The position numbers and the translations under genes are program-made. The notes beneath the pieces were generated by a model. That model had not been told where the DNA came from. It did not search any database and saw only the letters and a list, made by a program, of their open reading frames with translations. A stretch of DNA of 64,000 bases from Haliotis cracherodii (taxonomy: Eukaryota), in NCBI RefSeq assembly GCF_022045235.1, contig NW_027266286.1:806001-870000 (forward strand). The letters are read 5' to 3'. This document shows positions 14,008 through 26,252 of this stretch, piece after piece. Every line of letters begins with the position of its first letter. Positions within the stretch are counted from its first letter, which is position 1.

Positions 14008-14150
14008 TATATGACGGCAGTCTGTAAATAATCGAGTCTGGACCAGGCAATCCAGTGATTGACATCATGATCATCGATCCACACAATTTGGATACGATGA
14101 CATGCATCCACCAAGTCAGCAAGCCTGACCACCTGATCCCAATAGTCGCC
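14008..14150 (-). mobile_element. Partial SINE-like family A copy
   Basis: Reverse complement of the family A body: tctgtaaataatcgagtctggaccag...cctgaccacctgatcccaatagtcgcc. Confidence 0.88.
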
Positions 14151-14369
14151 ACACCACTATGAACAGAGTAAAAATCAACTTTTTTTTAATACTTAGTATT
14201 TATAGAGTCCCTGTTGCAAGAACTGAATGATTTTCACGTATGACACGTAGACATATACACATACACACAATGGTTCATTCAACAGGTGCAGAGATACATT
14301 AGATGTCACTGAGCATACAAACAGTGAGATGGGCCCTACTTGATGGACAAGTCAGATTTTACATTTGAC

Positions 14370-14882
14370 CATCTTCCCGAGGCCCTTCCACCCTAGCCGA
14401 ACTACGCTGGTATTATGGAGTTACATTTTGGCTGGACTAACGAGTCTATGCATACATAGTCCAATCGAAATCTGGTTCGTAAACTGTCGTGCAGATTTCG
14501 GTCGATTGCAGGATTTGCAAAACATGTGCACCACCAACTCGTCAGCAGATATTTTCCAAATCTTTTCATGTTTTTAATCAAGGTGCTGACGTGATTTGAT
14601 GCATTTCATGATTTAAGACCCGTTTTATCCCAATATAGGTCTTGATTATCAATCAGATTGTCTTGACTGGGTGCCACCATTTTGTGTAAAGCAAACGCAA
14701 GTGATACAAGAGGTGGAATCTGATTGGTCCATAGGAGAGGCTTAGAAGGGACATAACTGGTAATAGCCACAGGTGGCGCTTCGATCGAGCCCAGTAATTC
14801 CAGCCAAGTTCGGCAAGGGTGGAAACTGGACTTTTATAGTCCAGTAGTATTGTGTAGTTAACTCTCTTGCCTTAGGAAGATG
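14370..14882. mobile_element. Non-autonomous TIR element with 9-bp TSD (Mutator/MULE-like), copy 1
   Basis: Ends catcttcc...ggaagatg with long imperfect TIRs. TSD acatttgac (14361-14369) / acattttac (14883-14891). Homologous to 34835-35378. Confidence 0.85.
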
Positions 14883-15019
14883 ACATTTTACAAAACGCAA
14901 ACATGAATTACAGTATACTATACAAATAAATCAAATATAGGAAATATTTCAAGAAACAGGTGTCTGTGTCACACTGTGACATCTGTGTAAAAATGTGAAA
15001 ATTGTATCAGATTCTGATC

Positions 15020-15990
15020 CTGGGAACCTGTTCTAACCTTGTCCCAACAGTACCACATTCATGTCTCTTGTCCCAGGGACCAGTTATAACCTGGGCCCTA
15101 CAGTACCACATTCATGGCATGTCTCTTGTCCCAGGGCCCGTGAAGACGCTGTGGTAGAATAGGTCTTCAGCAACCCATACTTGCCGTAAAAGGTGACTAT
15201 GCTTGTTGTAAAAGGTGACTAACGGGATCGGGAGGTCAGGCTCGCTGACTTGGGTGATGCATGTCATCGATCCCAATTGTGTGGATTGATGCCCATGATA
15301 TTAATCACTGGATTGTCTGGTCCAGACTCGATTATTCACAGACTGCAGTCATATAGCTGGAATATTGGTGAGTGCGGCGTTAAACAACAAACCAACCAAA
15401 CCAACTCTTGTCCCAGGGACCAGTTATAACCTGGACCCAACAGTACCACATCCATGTCCCATGTCCCAGGGACAAGTTCTAACCAGGACCCAACAGTACC
15501 ACATCCATGTATCTTGTCCCAGGGACAAGTTACAACCTGGACCCAACAGTACCACATCCCTGTTCCATGTCCCAGGGACCTGTTCTCACCTGGACCCAAC
15601 AGTACCACATCAATGTCTCTTGTCCCAGGGACAAGTTCTCACATGGACCCAACTGTACCACATCCATATCTCTTGTCCCAGGGACAAGTTCTCACCAGGA
15701 CCCAACAGTACCACATCCATGTCCCATGTCCCAGGGACCTGTTCTCACCAGGACCCAACAGTACCACATTCATGTGTCTTGTCCCAGGGACCTGTTCTAA
15801 CCAGAACCCAACAGTACCACTTCCATGTATCTTGTCCCAGGGACCTGTTCTCACCAGGGCCCAACAGTACCACATCCATGTATCTTGTCCCAGGGACCTG
15901 TTCTAACCAGGACCCAACAGTACCACATCCATGTCCCATGTCCCAGGGACCTGTTCTAACCAGGACCCAACTGTACCACATCCATATCTA
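15020..15990. repeat. 53-bp minisatellite interrupted by a SINE
   Basis: Unit cccagggacaagttctcaccaggacccaacagtaccacatccatgtcccatgt, with period 15435 to 15488. Confidence 0.95.
15137..15404 (+). mobile_element. SINE-like family A copy inserted in the minisatellite
   Basis: Full length. TSD ctcttgtcccaggg at 15123-15136 and 15405-15418. Confidence 0.93.
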
Positions 15991-16504
15991 TGCTTGTCGT
16001 AAAAGGCGACTAAGGGGATCGGGTGGTCAGGCTCGCTGACTTGGTTGATGCATTTCATTGATCGCAATTGCATGGATCAACAATCATGATATACCGAATT
16101 TGACGTAATAAGCGCCGAGGGCGCTCTCTAAATTGGAAATAGGGGGCTCTTATTAGAATATTATTCAGGTGAGAAAAAAAACAGAGTTCAAAGACCTTAA
16201 ATTTCGTGGTTTATGCTGACAGCCTGAAATGTTTATATACAATAGATATTTTTTTCAAGAATTTAATTGGTTTTAATTAAGACATATATAACACATGAGT
16301 GCATACTATACACGAATAAATAAGTCGTGTGTACATTGTTCAGTCGGAAGGGGATTGTCACTAGCCAATATATTAGCAAATATCGCCGTGGGCGCTTATT
16401 GCAACGAATACGGTAAATCACTTGATTGTTTGGCCCTGACTTGATTATTAAGTGGTCATACAGCTGGAATATTGCTGAGTGCGATGTTTTACAAACAAAC
16501 AAAC
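15990..16504 (+). mobile_element. 5'-truncated family A copy split by a MITE
   Basis: atgcttgtcgtaaaaggcgactaa...catgata [MITE] aatcact...acaaacaaac. Confidence 0.85.
16094..16413. mobile_element. Tc1/mariner-pogo-type MITE (CCG termini, TA TSD)
   Basis: TIR ccgaatttgacgtaataagcgcc / ggcgcttattgcaacgaatacgg. TA at 16092-16093 and 16414-16415. Confidence 0.85.
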
Positions 16505-17744
16505 AGAACATTAGATTCATCACTTGTAAAATGAGGCAGGAATTTCCCTGTGGTCTTAGGGACCATACCTGCAGAGTTATGTCCCTTACCTGCTGGGATG
16601 CACTGGTTGTGGGTGTAATTCCCATGTTTACCGAACATGTGATTTAAGTATTAGATGTGTGTCACTTTCATTCCTCATTGAGCTGAGAGGTAATAATTCA
16701 AGTACAGTTCAAAGCAGTATTCATATACTCACTCAGTCACTCATTAACACTTTTTATACAATATTTTTCAGTTCTTTGTTTGGAACAATTGGTAAGGTAC
16801 CAAAAAATAAAAATCAAGATGGTTAGCCATGAAAAAAATGATGAGGTTGAAGAAAGACCATGACTTCATTGAATGACAAGACAAGTCTTGCCTCCTCTAA
16901 AAACAGCCAGACTTAAATGGTAATCACCCCTCTGTCTGCAGAACTTGGACACCAATCTGCCAGTTTCAATTCCTTTGCTCCACGTTTACAATGTTAACCA
17001 ATTGTAAAATCAATTATTGATGAAGACAGTTCAGGACGTGACTTCTCTTGAACAGATAGTATATCCCACACCTTGTCCTCATAGGTCAGCTTTAATTAGC
17101 GACGATGTTCCAAACTGCTCCCTTTATTAGCTTGGGAGTAATATTAAGTCTACTGTCTTCCTGTGGAGCCCCCGTGTCAGTTTTGACAACTCTACCGTGA
17201 TCTATGTACATTGTGGCAGTGAGGAATGAGAAAAGGTTCGCTGGGTTTGCGAGAAGACGTCTACCTACAAGGAAAATTAGTGGAGTGTGCAAATTTGTAT
17301 ATTGTAGAACGTGTTGATTTGTAAGATTGGAACTGGAAACATTGTGTGTCTGGATCTGTTTACTGCCCTTTTTAGTTTTTATGCAAATAAAGAAGGATGA
17401 TCATCGACATGAGGCGGACCAGCCTTGGTGCTATTCCACTACAGAGGTCATGGGCCAGCCATTTGATACTGAGTGGAATTAATGTTTAATGTGTTGTACC
17501 TTTAGCCTTTGCTGGAAACATTTGGTGCTCCGAGTCTGGCACTACACCATTATGCAGACATGTTGCTAATACAGCTACCAGGGATGGTGAATAATTAAAC
17601 ATCATAAATAAAAGAAACTGTATCATCATTGGAATGCACCACTTTACTCTGATAAAAGGGTAGGGTTTATGATATTGATCATACCCTTTCTCTGCACTTC
17701 ATAACCCTCTGTCTAGCAGGATGTACCAATAATTGACATCATTC

Positions 17745-19192
17745 TATGATTTGTCTTGCTGAATGTACCATGTTTGACATCTGTGATCTGTCTTGCTGAA
17801 TGTACCATGTTTGACATCTGTGATCTGTCTTGCTGAATGTACCATGTTTGACATCTGTGATCTGTTTTGCGACATGTACCATGTTTGACATCTATGGTCT
17901 GTCTTGCTGAATGTACCATGTTTGACATCTATGATCTGTCTTGCTGAATGTACCATGTTTGACATTTGTGATCTGTTTTGCTGAATGTACCATGTTTGAC
18001 ATCTATGATCTGTTTTGCTGAATGTACAATGTTTGACATTTGTGATCTATCTTGCTGAATGTACCATGTTTGACATCTATGATCTGTCTTGCTGAATGTA
18101 CCATGTTTGACATCTATGATCTGTCTTGCTGAATGTACAATGTTTGACATATGTGATCTGTCTTGCTGAATGTACTATGTTTTAAATCTATGATCTGTCT
18201 TGCTGAATGTACCATGTTTGACATCTATGATCTGTCTTGCTGAATGTACAATGTTTGACATTTGTGATCTGTCTTGCTGAATGTACCATGTTTGACATCT
18301 GTGATCTGTTTTGCTGAATGTACAATGTTTTAAATCTATGATCTGTCTTGCTGAATGTACTATGTTTGACATGTGATCCGTCTTGCGACATATACCATGT
18401 TTTAAATCTATGATATGTCTTGCTGAATGTACAATGTTTGACATCTATGATCTGTCTTGCTGAATGTACCATGTTTGACATCTATGATCTGTCTTGCTGA
18501 ATGTACAATGTTTGACATATGTGATCTGTCTTGCTGAATGTACTATGTTTTAAATCTATGATCTGTCTTGCTGAATGTACCATGTTTGACATCTATGATC
18601 TGTCTTGCTGAATGTACAATGTTTGACATCTGTGATCTGTCTTGCTGAGTGTACAATGTTTGACATTTGTGATCTGTCTTGCTGAATGTACCATGTTTGA
18701 CATGTGTGATCGGTCTTGCTGAGTGTACAATGTTTGACATTTGTGATCTGTCTTGCTGAATGTACCATGTTTGACATCTATGATCTGTCTTGCTGAATGT
18801 ACCATGTTTTAAATCTATGATCTGTCTTGCTGAATGTACAATGTTTCACATGTGTGATCTGTCTTGCTGAATGTACAATGTTTGACATCTGTGATCTGTC
18901 TTGCTGAGTGTACAATGTTTGACATTTGTGATCTGTCTTGCTGAATGTACCATGTTTGACATGTGTGATCGGTCTTGCTGAGTGTACAATGTTTGACATT
19001 TGTGATCTGTCTTGCTGAATGTACCATGTTTGACATCTATGATCTGTCTTGCTGAATGTACCATGTTTTAAATCTATGATCTGTCTTGCTGAATGTACAA
19101 TGTTTCACATGTGTGATCTGTCTTGCTGAATGTACCATGTTTGAGATTTGTGATTTGTCTTGCTGAATGTACCATGTTTGACATTTGTGATG
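17745..19192. repeat. 37-bp minisatellite
   Basis: Unit tgatctgtcttgctgaatgtaccatgtttgacatcta. A 259-bp (7-unit) higher-order duplication is visible around 18556-19036. Confidence 0.97.
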
Positions 19193-19909
19193 ACCTGTCA
19201 GAGTCCTTTTCCTTCAGGATGCAATAAATTCTTGGGATTTGCACCTCTTTCAGCAATATTCCAGCAATATCACAGTGGGGTACACCAGAGGGCTTTACTT
19301 GGAGACACCCTCACTGCCCTTCAATTATTTAAAGAGAAACTTAAAATGAAAAACCTCTCACTCACTTATGAAACCAATATAGAGAAAGAGTTATTCTTAA
19401 TTTGTTGTGTCTTTATTGAAGATAATTATGAGTGTGTTACCAGGATCTGTGACTGGGTAATGTAGCAGGGAGAACACCAGCGCTGGAGGATGGGAGCCGC
19501 CATTATGATGAATGATGCAATAAAACCAGGGCTCTCATGTACAGTTCAATCATAAATATTCTGTCCCTTAATCATTGTCAGCATCACCCAACATCTGAAA
19601 CAGGAAGCATCATCTTCAGGGATGGCTTATGATTTATTAATTCTCATAGCTTTGTTGTATAGTTCAGGGGAATCCGGAGATGAGAGATATCATGAAGAAG
19701 TTATTCTGTCAGCAATAAAATTTCAAATGCCTCTCTTCTTTTTATTTCAGTTCCTGTGGATATGATCCATAACTGTTTTTGACAATGCCTTGTTTTTGAG
19801 AGAATGGGAGCCGTAGGTTTGCCAAGTCTTGATACAGGACTCGCCTGGAAGAAGCCTTTGTTTCAATTGTCTGTTTGAGCACTGAGTGTGTAGACCATGC
19901 TTATTGTCC

Positions 19910-20243
19910 AGCAATCCGCTAGTACAGTGGATAGAGTGTTTGCCAGGAGAGCCAAAGGTCTGTGGTTTGATCCACAACCTTGTCATATCAAAAGCCATTA
20001 AAATGGTACTTATTGATACCCTGCCAGGTGCTCAGGATATTAAGGAGATAAAACAAAGACTGGCAGCCTCGGAGTCAGTATACTGTATGTGACTGGGGTA
20101 TCCCTGAAAAACTGCAGCATGGTATCTCAGTGGGCTGGCACTATAAAACAGTTACATACACATGCAGCCATACATGCATGTGCATTTGCGTCACATAAAT
20201 ATTATGTAAGTGGAATATACGTTAAACCCTGTTATATCTCACC
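19910..20243 (+). mobile_element. tRNA-derived SINE family D (V-domain-like body)
   Basis: Degenerate A box tagtacagtgg and B box ggtttgatcc, then gtcatatcaaaagccattaaaatggtacttattgataccctgcc, and tail ggaatatacgttaaaccc. Confidence 0.7.
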
Positions 20244-20247
20244 TATT

Positions 20248-21340
20248 GACCACCACTGTGCAGACCACCACTGTGCAGACCACCCCTGTGCAAACCACCA
20301 CTGTGCAGACCACTAATGTGCAGACCACTAATGTGCAGACCACCACTGTGCAGACCACCACTGTGCAGATCACCACTGTGCAGACCACCACTGTGCAGAC
20401 CACTACTGTGCAGACCACTACTGTTCAGACCACTTCTGTGCAGACCACTACTGTGCAGACCACCACTGTGCAGACCACGACGGTGCAGACCACCACTGTG
20501 CAGACCACCACTGTGCAGACCACCAATGTGCAGACCACCACTGTGCAGACCACCACTGTGCAGATCACCACTGTGCAGACCACCACTGTGCAGACCACTA
20601 CTGTGCAGACCACTTCTGTGCAGACCACTACTGTGCAGACCACCACTGTGCAGACCACGACGGTGCAGACCACCACTGTGCAGACCACTACTGTCCAGAC
20701 CACCACTAATGTGCAGACCACCACTGTGCAGGCCACTAATGTGCAGACCACCACTGTTCAGACCACCACTGTCCAGACCACCACTAATGTGCAGACCACC
20801 ACTGTGCAGGCCACTAATGTGCAGACCACCACTGTGCTGACGACTACTGTGCAGACCACTACTGTTCTACTGTGCAGACCACCACTGTGCAGACCACTAA
20901 TGTTCTGCTGTGCAGACCACTACTGTTCTACTGTGCAGACCACCACCACTGTGCAAACCACTACTGTTCTACTGTGCAGACCACTACTGTTCTACTGTGC
21001 AGACCACCACTTTGCAGACCACTACTGTTCTGCTGTGCAGACCACCACTGTGCAGACCACCACTGTGCTGACCACTTCTGTGCAGACCACTACTGTTCTA
21101 CTGTGCAGACCACCACTGTGCTGACCACTACTGTTCTGCTGTGCAGACCACTACTGTTCTACTGTGCAGACCACCACTGTTCTGACCACTACTGTTCTGC
21201 TGTGCAGACCATCACTGTGCAGACCACCACTGTGCTGACCACTACTGTTCTATTGTGCAGACCACTACTGTTCTACTGTGCAGACCACCACTATGCTGAC
21301 TACTACTGTTCTGCTGTGCAGACCACCACTGTGCAGACTA
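20248..21340. repeat. 15-bp minisatellite (gaccaccactgtgca)n
   Basis: Direct reading. It explains the QTTTV and CRPPL repeat ORFs. Confidence 0.95.
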
Positions 21341-21775
21341 CCTTCCCAAACCAGCATGTTGAGGAGCCCTCTGGGTAGTTTTTACTCTCAATGAGGCCCA
21401 GGTTTAATTGTGACAAGTCCATTCTTCTTACCTCCTGTCAGCATGGTGCCAGAATTTCTAAAACTTATTTTCAGCATGTTCACTCATATCAGTTGTTTTT
21501 AATTTCAACATGGTCCCTGATTGTCAAATGATAAAGATTTACCTTGACAGTGATGAAAGAGTTCCAGGATTGGGTGCATCTAATTATTCAGTCGAGACAT
21601 CTCTGTGATCGATGAAGACAAGTTCATTACAAGGACAGATCCGGCATTTTGAAAAGTGACAGGTCCAAAATATCAAAATCCTCACTCATATAATTTTACT
21701 ACCTGCAATATACTACATTTGGCTTTCAAAGGGGTGGGGGCGCGGACACCCCCCTCTGGATCTGGCTATGCATTA

Positions 21776-22001
21776 CCGTATTTTCTTGAGTATAGTGCGC
21801 ACCCGTGTATAATGAGAACCCCCCTCTAGCGGGTTCAATATTTTGGAAAAAAAAGAAATTTTAATATTATACGGAGAAAAAAATTACACCATACCCCTTC
21901 AGCGAAGTCCGCCAAATGAACGGGTCATGAGAATGCGCACCCCCTTCTACACAGCTGTGTCTTTTGGGAAAAAAGTGTGCTCTATACTCAAGAAAATACG
22001 G
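21776..22001. mobile_element. Tc1/mariner-pogo-type MITE (CCG termini, TA TSD)
   Basis: Perfect 20-bp TIR ccgtattttcttgagtatag / ctatactcaagaaaatacgg. TA at 21774-21775 and 22002-22003. Confidence 0.92.
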
Positions 22002-22163
22002 TAAGACCTAGCAACATCTAAGCTCCCTCCAGAACACACAATCGTGGCATGTCATGAAGTGGAGCCTCGCTTGTGAAGCCGCTTCCAGCTCACTTTACAC
22101 AGAACTCACTTATAAAGGATGTATGGATGGAGCCATGCATTTGCTCTGTGATCTCACCACTTT

Positions 22164-22373
22164 GACCCTGTGGGGATTCTGGATTATAATTGGTCCTGAG
22201 GGAATCGGGGGATCAGGCTCGTTGACATGGTTAACAGCATCATTGTACCCAATGTGTGACTTTGCTGATAGCATCAATCATTGGATTGTCTGGTCCAGAC
22301 TCAAGTTATTATCAGACGATCATCATATACAGCTGGAATATTGCTGAGTGTGGCGTTGAACGAAAACAACAAC
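22164..22373 (+). mobile_element. Divergent family A copy with ccctgtggggattc head variant
   Basis: gaccctgtggggattctggattataattggtcctgag followed by the family A body and tail. Confidence 0.8.
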
Positions 22374-22426
22374 ATACGAAGCAATAGAGACACCCTTGTG
22401 AACTGGCTCTGATCATACAACTTGGA

Positions 22427-22681
22427 TACCCATAAGATCCGTGATAGAAACCATTCTTGCAGTAAAAAGCAACTATGTTTGTTGTAAAAGGCGACTATCA
22501 GGGTCGGGTGGTCTGGCTCGCTGACTTGGTTGATGCATGTCATTGTATTTCAATTGCGTGGATCTATGCTCATGATTTCAATCATTGGATTGTCTGGTCA
22601 AGACTAAATTATTTACAGACTGCTGTCATATAGCTGGAATATGACTGAGTGTGGCATTAAAGCTTCAAAGAAACAAACAAA
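22427..22681 (+). mobile_element. SINE-like family A copy
   Basis: Full length. TSD catacaa(c/t)ttgga at 22414-22426 and 22682-22694. Confidence 0.9.
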
Positions 22682-22713
22682 CATACAATTTGGACAGATC
22701 TTCGGAGGCTCAG

Positions 22714-22904
22714 GGGGCCAGGGTGGCCCAGTCGCCTAAGGCGCTGCGATTCACTGTGCAGAGTTGTGTCCCTATGATTGTGGGCTCAAATCCCGGTTCG
22801 ACACTCCAGGCTTTCCTCCCACATTAAGCTGACAAGCCGTGATATAACTGGAATACTGTTAAAAGTGGCGTTAAGCCCAACTCACACACTCACTCACTCA
22901 CTCC
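22714..22904 (+). mobile_element. tRNA-derived SINE family C, internally deleted
   Basis: A box tggcccagtcg and B box gggctcaaatccc, tail gatataactggaatactgttaaaagtggcgttaa plus (ctca)n. TSD tcg(g/t)aggctcag at 22702-22713 and 22905-22916. Confidence 0.85.
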
Positions 22905-22959
22905 TCGTAGGCTCAGTCAGCCTGGTGGAGGAAAGTTACAAGGTTACGCAGCTACTGTC

Positions 22960-25900
22960 ACTGTAAGGCTGGATATAAGTTTATAACAACACTGTAAGAT
23001 TGTGTATGTATGTATATAACAACACTGTAAGATTGTGTATATATGTATATAACAACACTGTAAGGCTGTATATATGTATATAACAACATTGTAAGGATGT
23101 GTATAAGTATATAACAACACTGTAAGATTGTGTATATATGTATATAACAACACTGTAAGGCTGTATATATGTATATAACAACATTGTAAGGCTGTGTATA
23201 AGTATATAACAACACTGTAAGGCTGTATATATGTATATAACAACGTTGTAAGGCTGTGTATAAGTATATAACAACACTGTAAGATTGTGTATATATGTAA
23301 ATAACAACAATGTAAGATTGTGTATATATGTATATAACAACACTGTGAGATTGTGTATATATGTATATAACAACACTGTAAGGCTGTGTATAAGTATATA
23401 ACAACAATGTCAGGCTGTGTATAAGTATATAACAACACTGTAAGGCTGTGTATATGTATATAACAACATTGTAAGGCTGTGTATAAGTATATAACAACAC
23501 TGTAAGATTGTGTATATATGTAAATAACAACAATGTAAGATTGTGTATATATGTATATAACAACACTGTGAGATTGTGTATATAACTATATAACAACACT
23601 GTAAGGCTGTGTATAAGTATATAACAACAATGTCAGGCTGTGTATAAGTATGTAACAACAATGTCAGGCTGTGTATAAGTATATAACAACAATGTCAGGC
23701 TGTGTATAAGTATATAACAACAATGTCAGGCTGTGTATAAGTATACAACAACACTGTAAGATTGTGTATATGTATATAACAACACTGTAAGATTGTGTAT
23801 AAGTATATAACACCATTGTAAGATTGTGTATATATGTATATAACAACACTGTACGATTGTGTATATATGTATATAACAACACTGTACGATTGTGTATATA
23901 TGTATATAACAACACTGTAAGATTGTGTATATATGTATATAACAACACTGTAAGATTGTGTATATATAAGTATATAACAACACTGTGAGGCTGTGTATAA
24001 GTATTGAACAACACTGTCAGGCTGTGTATAAGTATATAACAACACTGTCAGGCTGTGTATAAGTATATAAAAACACTATAAGAGTATATATGTATATAAC
24101 AACACTGTAAGATTGTGTATAAGTATATAACAACACTGTAAGATTGTGTATATATGTATATAACAACACTGTACGATTGTGTATATATGTATATAACAAC
24201 ACTGTCAGGCTGTGAATAAGTATTTAACAACACTGTCAGGCTGTGTATAAGTATGTAACAACACGGTCAGGCTTTGTATAAGTATGTAACAACACTGTCT
24301 GGCTGTGTATAAGTATATAACAGCATTGTAAGATTGTGTATATAAGTATATAACAACACTGTAAGGCTGTGTATAAGTATATAACAACACTGTCAGGCTG
24401 TGTATAAGTATGTAACAACACTGTAAGAGTATATATGTATATAACAACACTGTAAGATTGTGTATAAGTATATAACAACATTGTAAGATTGTGTATATAT
24501 GTATATAACAACACTGTAAGATTGTGTATATATGTATACTACTCAAAAGAAGTTAAGGAACAAACAATTCTTTCATATTACTACAGTTAATATGTCATAA
24601 TCTGAGATATTAACCATAGTAATATGAAAGAATCAGGTGTTCCTTAACTTCTTTTGAGTAGTATATATAACAACACTGTAAGGCTGTGTATAAGTATGTA
24701 ACAACACTGTCAGGCTTTGTATAAGTATGTAACAACACTGTCAGGCTGTGTATAAGTATGTAACAACACTGTCAGGCTGTGTATAAGTATGTAACAACAC
24801 TGTCAGGCTTTGTATAAGTATGTAACAACACTGTCAGGCTTTGTATAAGTATGTAACAACACTGTCAGGCTTTGTATAAGTATGTAACAACACTGTCAGG
24901 CTGTGTATAAGTATATAACAATACTGTAAGGCTGTGTATAAGTATGTAACAACACTGTCAGGCTTTGTATAAGTATGTAACAACACTGTCAGGCTGTGTA
25001 TAAGTATATAACAACATTGTAAGATTGTGTATGTAAGTATATAACAACACTGTAAGGATGTGTATAAGTATGTAACAACACTGTCAGGCTGTGTCTAAGT
25101 ATATAAAAACACTGTAAGATGGTGTATATATGTTTATAACAACACTGTAAGATTGTGTGTAAGTATATAACAACACTGTAAGGATGTGTATAAGTATATA
25201 ACAACATTGTAAGAGTGTGTATATATGTATATAACAACGCTGTAAGATTGTGTATATATGTTTATAACAACACTGTAAGATTGTGTATATATGTATATAA
25301 CAACGCGATAAGGCTGTGTATAAGTATATAACAACACTGTCAGGCTGTGTATAAGTATGTAACAACACTGTCAGGCTTTGTATAAGTATGTAACAACACT
25401 GTCAGGCTTTGTATAAGTATGTAACAACACTGTCAGGCTTTGTATAAGTATGTAACAACACTGTCAGGCTGTGTATAAGTATATAACAATACTGTAAGGC
25501 TGTGTATAAGTATGTAACAACACTGTCAGGCTTTGTATAAGTATGTAACAACACTGTCAGGCTGTGTATAAGTATATAACAACATTGTAAGATTGTGTAT
25601 GTAAGTATATAACAACACTGTAAGGATGTGTATAAGTATGTAACAACACTGTCAGGCTGTGTCTAAGTATATAAAAACACTGTAAGATGGTGTATATATG
25701 TTTATAACAACACTGTAAGATTGTGTGTAAGTATATAACAACACTGTAAGGATGTGTATAAGTATATAACAACATTGTAAGATTGTGTATATATGTATAT
25801 AACAACGCTGTAAGATTGTGTATATATGTTTATAACAACACTGTAAGATTGTGTATATATGTATATAACAACGCGATAAGGCTGTGTATAAGTATATAAC

Positions 25901-26252
25901 AACAATGTCAGGCTGTGTATAAGTATATAACAACAATGTGAGGCTGTGTATATGTATATAACAATATTGTAAGGCTGTGTATAAGTATTTAACAACACTG
26001 TAAGAGTGTATATGTGTATATAACAACACTGTTAGGCTGTGTATATGTATATAACAATATTGTAAGGCTGTGTATAAGTATTTAACAACACTGTAAAATT
26101 GTGTATATATGTATATATGTATATAACACTTTAAGACTGTGTATAAGTATATAACAACACTTTAAGACTGTGTATAAGTATATAACAACACTGTAAGATT
26201 GTGTATATATGTATATAACAACACTGTCAATGTAAGATTGTGTATATAAGTA
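22960..26252. repeat. 31-33-bp AT-rich minisatellite (~3.3 kb)
   Basis: Unit tataacaacactgtaaggctgtgtataagta and variants. It contains a hairpin MITE, a 568-bp duplication and ends in a Tc1 insertion. Confidence 0.97.
24537..24663. mobile_element. Fold-back (nearly all-TIR) Tc1-type MITE
   Basis: tactactcaaaagaagttaaggaaca...tgttccttaacttcttttgagtagta. Arms pair over ~55 bp around a ~13-nt loop, flanked by TA. Confidence 0.9.

Noticed and set aside
17092-17292. Possible terminal exon on the minus strand after ttttccttgtag
   Set aside because: Its start matches sequence upstream of the Crypton relic (35581), so it is more likely a repeat fragment. The peptide is not recognised.
20210-21124. 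304-aa Thr-rich mucin-like ORF (QTTTV)n
   Set aside because: It is a stop-free 15-bp minisatellite, open in several frames, starting in a SINE tail and drifting out of frame.
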